From a virus (taxonomy: Duplodnaviria; Caudoviricetes), in the IMG/VR virus record IMGVR_UViG_3300017714_000064, positions 1-34,096 of that record: a DNA stretch of 34,096 nt; one strand, 5' to 3'. Both the position numbers and the translations under genes were made by a program. How positions within the stretch are numbered: the first letter of the stretch is position 1; each line of letters starts with the position of its first letter. This document shows positions 31,066 to 34,096 of the stretch, piece by piece. The notes beneath the pieces are model-generated. The model worked only from the letters and a program-made list of their open reading frames with translations, had not been told where the DNA came from and searched no databases.

Positions 31066-31242
31066 TCATTCTCTAAGGCAACTTTGCTCTTTCTTAATAT
31101 CATCATGCATGATCTCTTGAATCACTCTTTCATCGGATTCTTGGATTCTTTTAGGTAATGACCAGTAATCTGTGACCAAACTAGTAGTTCCCCACACTCT
31201 TTTCATATAATTTATACTTCTATCAACCGGTAAATTACCCAT
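31066..31242 (-). CDS. Small hypothetical protein, 58 aa
   Basis: Below the track cut-off. MGNLPVDRSINYMKRVWGTTSLVTDYWSLPK...SCLRE*; AGGAG ribosome-binding site 5 nt upstream. Confidence 0.75.
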   Translation of the reverse strand: MGNLPVDRSINYMKRVWGTTSLVTDYWSLPKRIQESDERVIQEIMHDDIKKEQSCLRE

Positions 31243-31247
31243 TTTTG

Positions 31248-31291
31248 CTCCTGATTAGTAAGATCAGAACTTTTTGAGGGGTTACTATCCC
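31248..31291 (-). promoter_or_regulatory. Two-hairpin leader; the second stem covers the Shine-Dalgarno sequence
   Basis: GGG-ATAGTAA-CCC, then TTCTGAT-CTTACTA-ATCAGGA(G); AATAAATA box at 31300-31307. Confidence 0.45.
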
Positions 31292-31302
31292 TATTTTTTT
31301 AT

Positions 31303-31977
31303 TTATTTTTTATTATCTTCAAGTAAAAGTTCACGTTCTTTGGGTGTTTTCCAAAAATACTCATCTTCACGACCCATTCCAAGACGTTCAAAACCATTTT
31401 CAACTTGATAATATTGAGTCGAAACTTTAAAATCAGGCATTTTTGGTTCAACAGGTGTCAAACTATTGTCATAAATGCGTAATCTATTGTTCGGATACAG
31501 TGCATACTGTCCATTTTCAAGTTCAATAAGGTTATGAGACTTGTGTTCGGCAGGATTTTCACTAGTCGCCCAATCAACATAGTCTGGATCATGATGATAG
31601 TTGTCAATTGTGCAGACATAAGTACCTTTTACGTTGCCATAGTCCCGTGTATAACATTCAAAGTCCATTGAACCAATAAATTTCTTATCCACGGAGACGA
31701 CCCCATAGTCCATACAATTCCAAAACTGAAGGTTTGGTAGGTTCATGTCCGGACTTGGGGTCTCAGGGTCTGCTACAAAGGCACTGATGGGCAATTTATC
31801 GTACATTGCCGCATATTCTGGTAGATAGGTCTCAAAATAAAAAGCACGTCCAGGAATCGATTTAACTGATACCCAAACGCCCTTTACAAATTCACCATGT
31901 CCACTTTGATGATCCGTAAGATACTCTTTACGAACCCATACTTCTACTGCAGGAAGATTAGCAATCAAACAACTCAT
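31303..31977 (-). CDS. Conserved hypothetical phage protein, 224 aa
   Basis: WVRKEYLTDHQSGHGEF, LQFWNC, EHKSHN, NGQYALYPNNR; recalled as a cyanophage core-type hypothetical protein; function unknown. Confidence 0.85.
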   Translation of the reverse strand: MSCLIANLPAVEVWVRKEYLTDHQSGHGEFVKGVWVSVKSIPGRAFYFETYLPEYAAMYDKLPISAFVADPETPSPDMNLPNLQFWNCMDYGVVSVDKKFIGSMDFECYTRDYGNVKGTYVCTIDNYHHDPDYVDWATSENPAEHKSHNLIELENGQYALYPNNRLRIYDNSLTPVEPKMPDFKVSTQYYQVENGFERLGMGREDEYFWKTPKERELLLEDNKK

Positions 31978-32075
31978 CTTTTTTTCTTAGGTTTAGAACA
32001 TTTTTTAGGAGTCAAAACATTTTTACAACGTTTGTCGGGTTTTGATTTGCCACCTTTATGAATCCAACGTCCCAT
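31974..32075 (-). CDS. Very small basic peptide, 33 aa
   Basis: MGRWIHKGGKSKPDKRCKNVLTPKKCSKPKKKR*; TAATG overlap at the start and ATGA overlap at the end, so it fills the gap exactly. Confidence 0.6.
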   Translation of the reverse strand: MGRWIHKGGKSKPDKRCKNVLTPKKCSKPKKKR

Positions 32076-32227
32076 TAACCCCGGCCTTGTCCACGATACA
32101 TTTTCTTCTTTCCATTACGAGAAGTCGCGGCATACTTTGTGTGCTTACCACTTCCTTGACGAGTTTTTTTCGGTTTTGCTTCCACAAATCCATCACCACT
32201 TAATCCAACCTTTGAACGAACTGCCAT
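32075..32227 (-). CDS. Small basic protein, 50 aa
   Basis: MAVRSKVGLSGDGFVEAKPKKTRQGSGKHTKYAATSRNGKKKMYRGQGRG*; AAGGAG ribosome-binding site upstream. Confidence 0.8.
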   Translation of the reverse strand: MAVRSKVGLSGDGFVEAKPKKTRQGSGKHTKYAATSRNGKKKMYRGQGRG

Positions 32228-32236
32228 AATAACTCC

Positions 32237-32398
32237 TTAATACTTTGTGATTTTTGTTTCTAGATCTTGTGGTCTTGGAAAACCTTTCTGATAATACTCT
32301 ACCGAAAGGTCCTCCATCTTATCAAAATACTCCTCCTCCGTCAAGTTCTTATACAGAACTTTCCCTTTATGGAGAATTGTATATTCTGCCAGCACCAT
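32237..32398 (-). CDS. Small hypothetical protein, about 53 aa
   Basis: MVLAEYTILHKGKVLYKNLTEEEYFD...; start moved to 32398 because of the TGATG overlap with the upstream stop. Confidence 0.75.
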   Translation of the reverse strand: MVLAEYTILHKGKVLYKNLTEEEYFDKMEDLSVEYYQKGFPRPQDLETKITKY

Positions 32399-33153
32399 CA
32401 GATGACTCTTGTCTTCTCGTGTCCAACTCTGATACGTGGATCGCACCAAATCTCAAACCCTGCTTCTTTTGCATCCAGGCAGAAACTTACATCCTCTCCA
32501 CACATATCCTGCACTTCCCCACTCTCAAAGACTTGCATCTTAGGTGCAAACCATGGATATTCAAGATTCTCAAAAACACCGTTCTTAATTAATAACCATC
32601 CAAATCCTGTATAATCTACAGTGAAAGGTTTGCGACGCTTTGAGATACTCTCCCCAGTCTCATGATTCATGACTCCACCATTATTACGGAAATCATCTTC
32701 CTCTAACCAGTGAGCAACACTCGTCGTGCTTCCGTCTTCTGTCATATACCAACCGGCTGCAATATCTTGATCCATTAGAACCAATTGCCAAAACTTTTCG
32801 GAATTATAAACAATATCACTATCAATCCATAGTTGATAATCATACTTTAATTTTCCATCCCAAGGTTTTTGTTTCGGTCCTCGCAGTACATTCGCACCTA
32901 AACATTTGCATCTTGCAAAGTTTACCATCGATGAATAATCTTGCGAAATCTGAATGGCAGCTCCTGCCTGCACTAAATCAAAAGCTAATTGAAGACCACT
33001 CTTGAAAAAATTGTAACTTACACCACGTCCTGGTAAACAAAAGACCACAGTCTTCCCTTTTACCATTTCTCGGGCTTTGTCATAATCCCATTCCTGTTCT
33101 TGTTTTTTAGCTACACTGGGTGTTTTTGCTTTTACAGTAAATCCTTTTGCCAT
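32398..33153 (-). CDS. Putative GT-A-fold (GT2-like) glycosyltransferase
   Basis: YDYQLWIDSDIVY (DxD), VDYTGFGWLLIK..VFE, GEDVSFC (ED motif) and a C-terminal VGHEK. Confidence 0.72.
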   Translation of the reverse strand: MAKGFTVKAKTPSVAKKQEQEWDYDKAREMVKGKTVVFCLPGRGVSYNFFKSGLQLAFDLVQAGAAIQISQDYSSMVNFARCKCLGANVLRGPKQKPWDGKLKYDYQLWIDSDIVYNSEKFWQLVLMDQDIAAGWYMTEDGSTTSVAHWLEEDDFRNNGGVMNHETGESISKRRKPFTVDYTGFGWLLIKNGVFENLEYPWFAPKMQVFESGEVQDMCGEDVSFCLDAKEAGFEIWCDPRIRVGHEKTRVI

Positions 33154-33176
33154 AACTTTAAATGAACTACTTCACT

Positions 33177-33205
33177 ATCATAACACTCTATCTATACACA
33201 GTCAA
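33177..33205 (-). promoter_or_regulatory. Sigma70-type promoter TTGACT-N17-TATGAT with an extended TG; TATAGATA nested in the spacer
   Basis: -35 at 33205-33200, -10 at 33182-33177, spacer exactly 17 nt; late-like box at 33189-33196. Confidence 0.75.
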
Positions 33206-33206
33206 C

Positions 33207-33377
33207 TTAATTGATACTCCGAATAATAATTGAATCTTTATCAAACTCGATGTTTACTTCTACTCCCTCATACCATCCATTCTCATCACATATCCATTCG
33301 GGAATAGTCAAATAATGTTCACCGGTTACTGGATCGATGTCTATAACTGTAAAATTTTCTGCTGGATTTTTTTGCAT
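33207..33377 (-). CDS. AbrB/MazE/SpoVT-like small DNA-binding protein, 56 aa
   Basis: Below the track cut-off. MQKNPAENFTVIDIDPVTGEHYLTIPEWICDENGWYEGVEVNIEFDKDSIIIRSIN*; matches the swapped-hairpin pattern G..h.IP..h...hGh..G..V.h......III. Confidence 0.7.
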   Translation of the reverse strand: MQKNPAENFTVIDIDPVTGEHYLTIPEWICDENGWYEGVEVNIEFDKDSIIIRSIN

Positions 33378-33574
33378 ATCTCTGAATCCTGATGCCGTTT
33401 TTTATATATGAAAAAAATTTTTATATTGGGTATTTTCAAATATCTTTGAGTGTTATATCTAAAGGTCGATCTGGGTCGTTTATAGCTTCCAGGGACCCAT
33501 GGGTTTTATATACGCACCCCGCACGAACGAACGAACTGCTGTTCATCAACTGTGCGGGGTTAAGTGTCACTTAA

Positions 33575-33591
33575 GGGGAGGATTACTCCCC
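33575..33591 (-). terminator. GC-rich hairpin, possible weak terminator or processing stem
   Basis: GGGGAG-TAATC-CTCCCC about 12 nt after the stop at 33603; followed by only TT, so there is no proper U-tract. Confidence 0.4.
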
Positions 33592-33602
33592 CTATGTGTT
33601 AA

Positions 33603-33860
33603 TCAGGCAGGGATATCTGACCCCCACCAATTTTCACCATCGTATGCGGATTCCCAAGTCTGGTAGAAACTATTCCAGCAATTGTCATCCACCTCACAAA
33701 TAGTTTCTTCATTAAGAAGAGAATCAATTTGTAACTGATCACACAACCAGTTGTGTGATTCAGGGAGGTCAGACTGAGTGTTGCTCACAAAATCAAAGAG
33801 ACCTGCCATAAGGTCGTCCCATGTTGCTTCCATCTCTGGGGAGTTTGGAAAAATGATCAT
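33603..33860 (-). CDS. Acidic Trp-rich hypothetical protein, 85 aa (early-type)
   Basis: GGAG ribosome-binding site 6 nt upstream and its own TATAAT promoter. Confidence 0.7.
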   Translation of the reverse strand: MIIFPNSPEMEATWDDLMAGLFDFVSNTQSDLPESHNWLCDQLQIDSLLNEETICEVDDNCWNSFYQTWESAYDGENWWGSDIPA

Positions 33861-33886
33861 GTGGTGCTCCGGTGTGGTTCTTTTTA

Positions 33887-33895
33887 ATTATAGCA
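33887..33895 (-). promoter_or_regulatory. Extended -10 promoter TGCTATAAT
   Basis: Perfect TGn-TATAAT about 27 nt upstream of ATG 33860; no consensus -35. Confidence 0.6.
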
Positions 33896-33896
33896 A

Positions 33897-33924
33897 GTTT
33901 GGAGAGCATTGCTGCCCTCCAAAC
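33897..33924 (-). other. 12-bp hairpin with a GCAA (GNRA) tetraloop
   Basis: GTTTGGAGGGCA-GCAA-TGCTCTCCAAAC with one G-U pair; about 10 nt after the upstream stop. Confidence 0.75.
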
Positions 33925-33934
33925 CTTAAGAGAA

Positions 33935-34096
33935 TCAGGATCTTACCCAACGGGAAAGAATCTCTCTCTTGCGGAGTGGCAGAACCCTCTTGTATGAAAC
34001 GATCCTACGGTTTCCGATCTTGTAGTCGTACCGTCTTACTAACCCTTGGGATGCCATCTCTTTAAGGGTTAGGGTGACGGTAGTCCGTGCTTCCTT
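33935..34096 (-). CDS. C-terminal part of a probable winged-helix protein (5' end outside the window)
   Basis: Not in the track. Open frame KEARTTVTLTLKEMASQGLVRRYDYKIGNRRIVSYKRVLPLRKREILSRWVRS*; the T-V---L--h---G-L-V helix-plus-wing pattern is typical of wHTH domains. Confidence 0.55.
   Translation of the reverse strand, partial: KEARTTVTLTLKEMASQGLVRRYDYKIGNRRIVSYKRVLPLRKREILSRWVRS

Noticed and set aside
32254-32614. Two plus-strand ORFs of 112 and 115 aa
   Set aside because: They are antisense to the glycosyltransferase-like gene and the 53-aa ORF.
33392-34065. Plus-strand ORFs 33392-33574 and 33778-34065
   Set aside because: They run across hairpins, promoters and minus-strand genes, and all expression signals here point to the minus strand.
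33495-34096. tRNA or CRISPR array in the hairpin-rich region
   Set aside because: No cloverleaf with a T-loop (GTTCRA) and no regularly spaced identical repeats.

Overview
A 34-kb fragment of a T4-like myovirus, very probably a cyanomyovirus (Kyanoviridae-like). Every credible gene is on the minus strand; the plus-strand ORFs in the track are antisense shadows. In transcription order (right to left) the window starts at the end of a more GC-rich, hairpin-rich early-type region with a partial winged-helix ORF and an acidic 85-aa ORF. A structured intergenic segment follows, then an AbrB/MazE-like small ORF, a GT-A-fold glycosyltransferase-like gene and several small coupled ORFs. The late virion module comes next: gp25, gp6, a giant 4184-aa gp7-like protein, gp8, a VrlC/DUF4815-like protein, three small or medium virion ORFs, gp13, an enlarged gp14, gp15 and the terminase small subunit gp16. 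TATAAATA late promoters punctuate this module. Reading the sequence directly adds six ORFs that the track missed. The main one is a stop-free ORF of at least 707 codons (2121 to beyond position 1) built of basic modules separated by acidic (I/L/V)-x-E motifs, which looks like a protease-processed head-internal polyprotein. All identifications come from recalled motifs and synteny; no database search was run.
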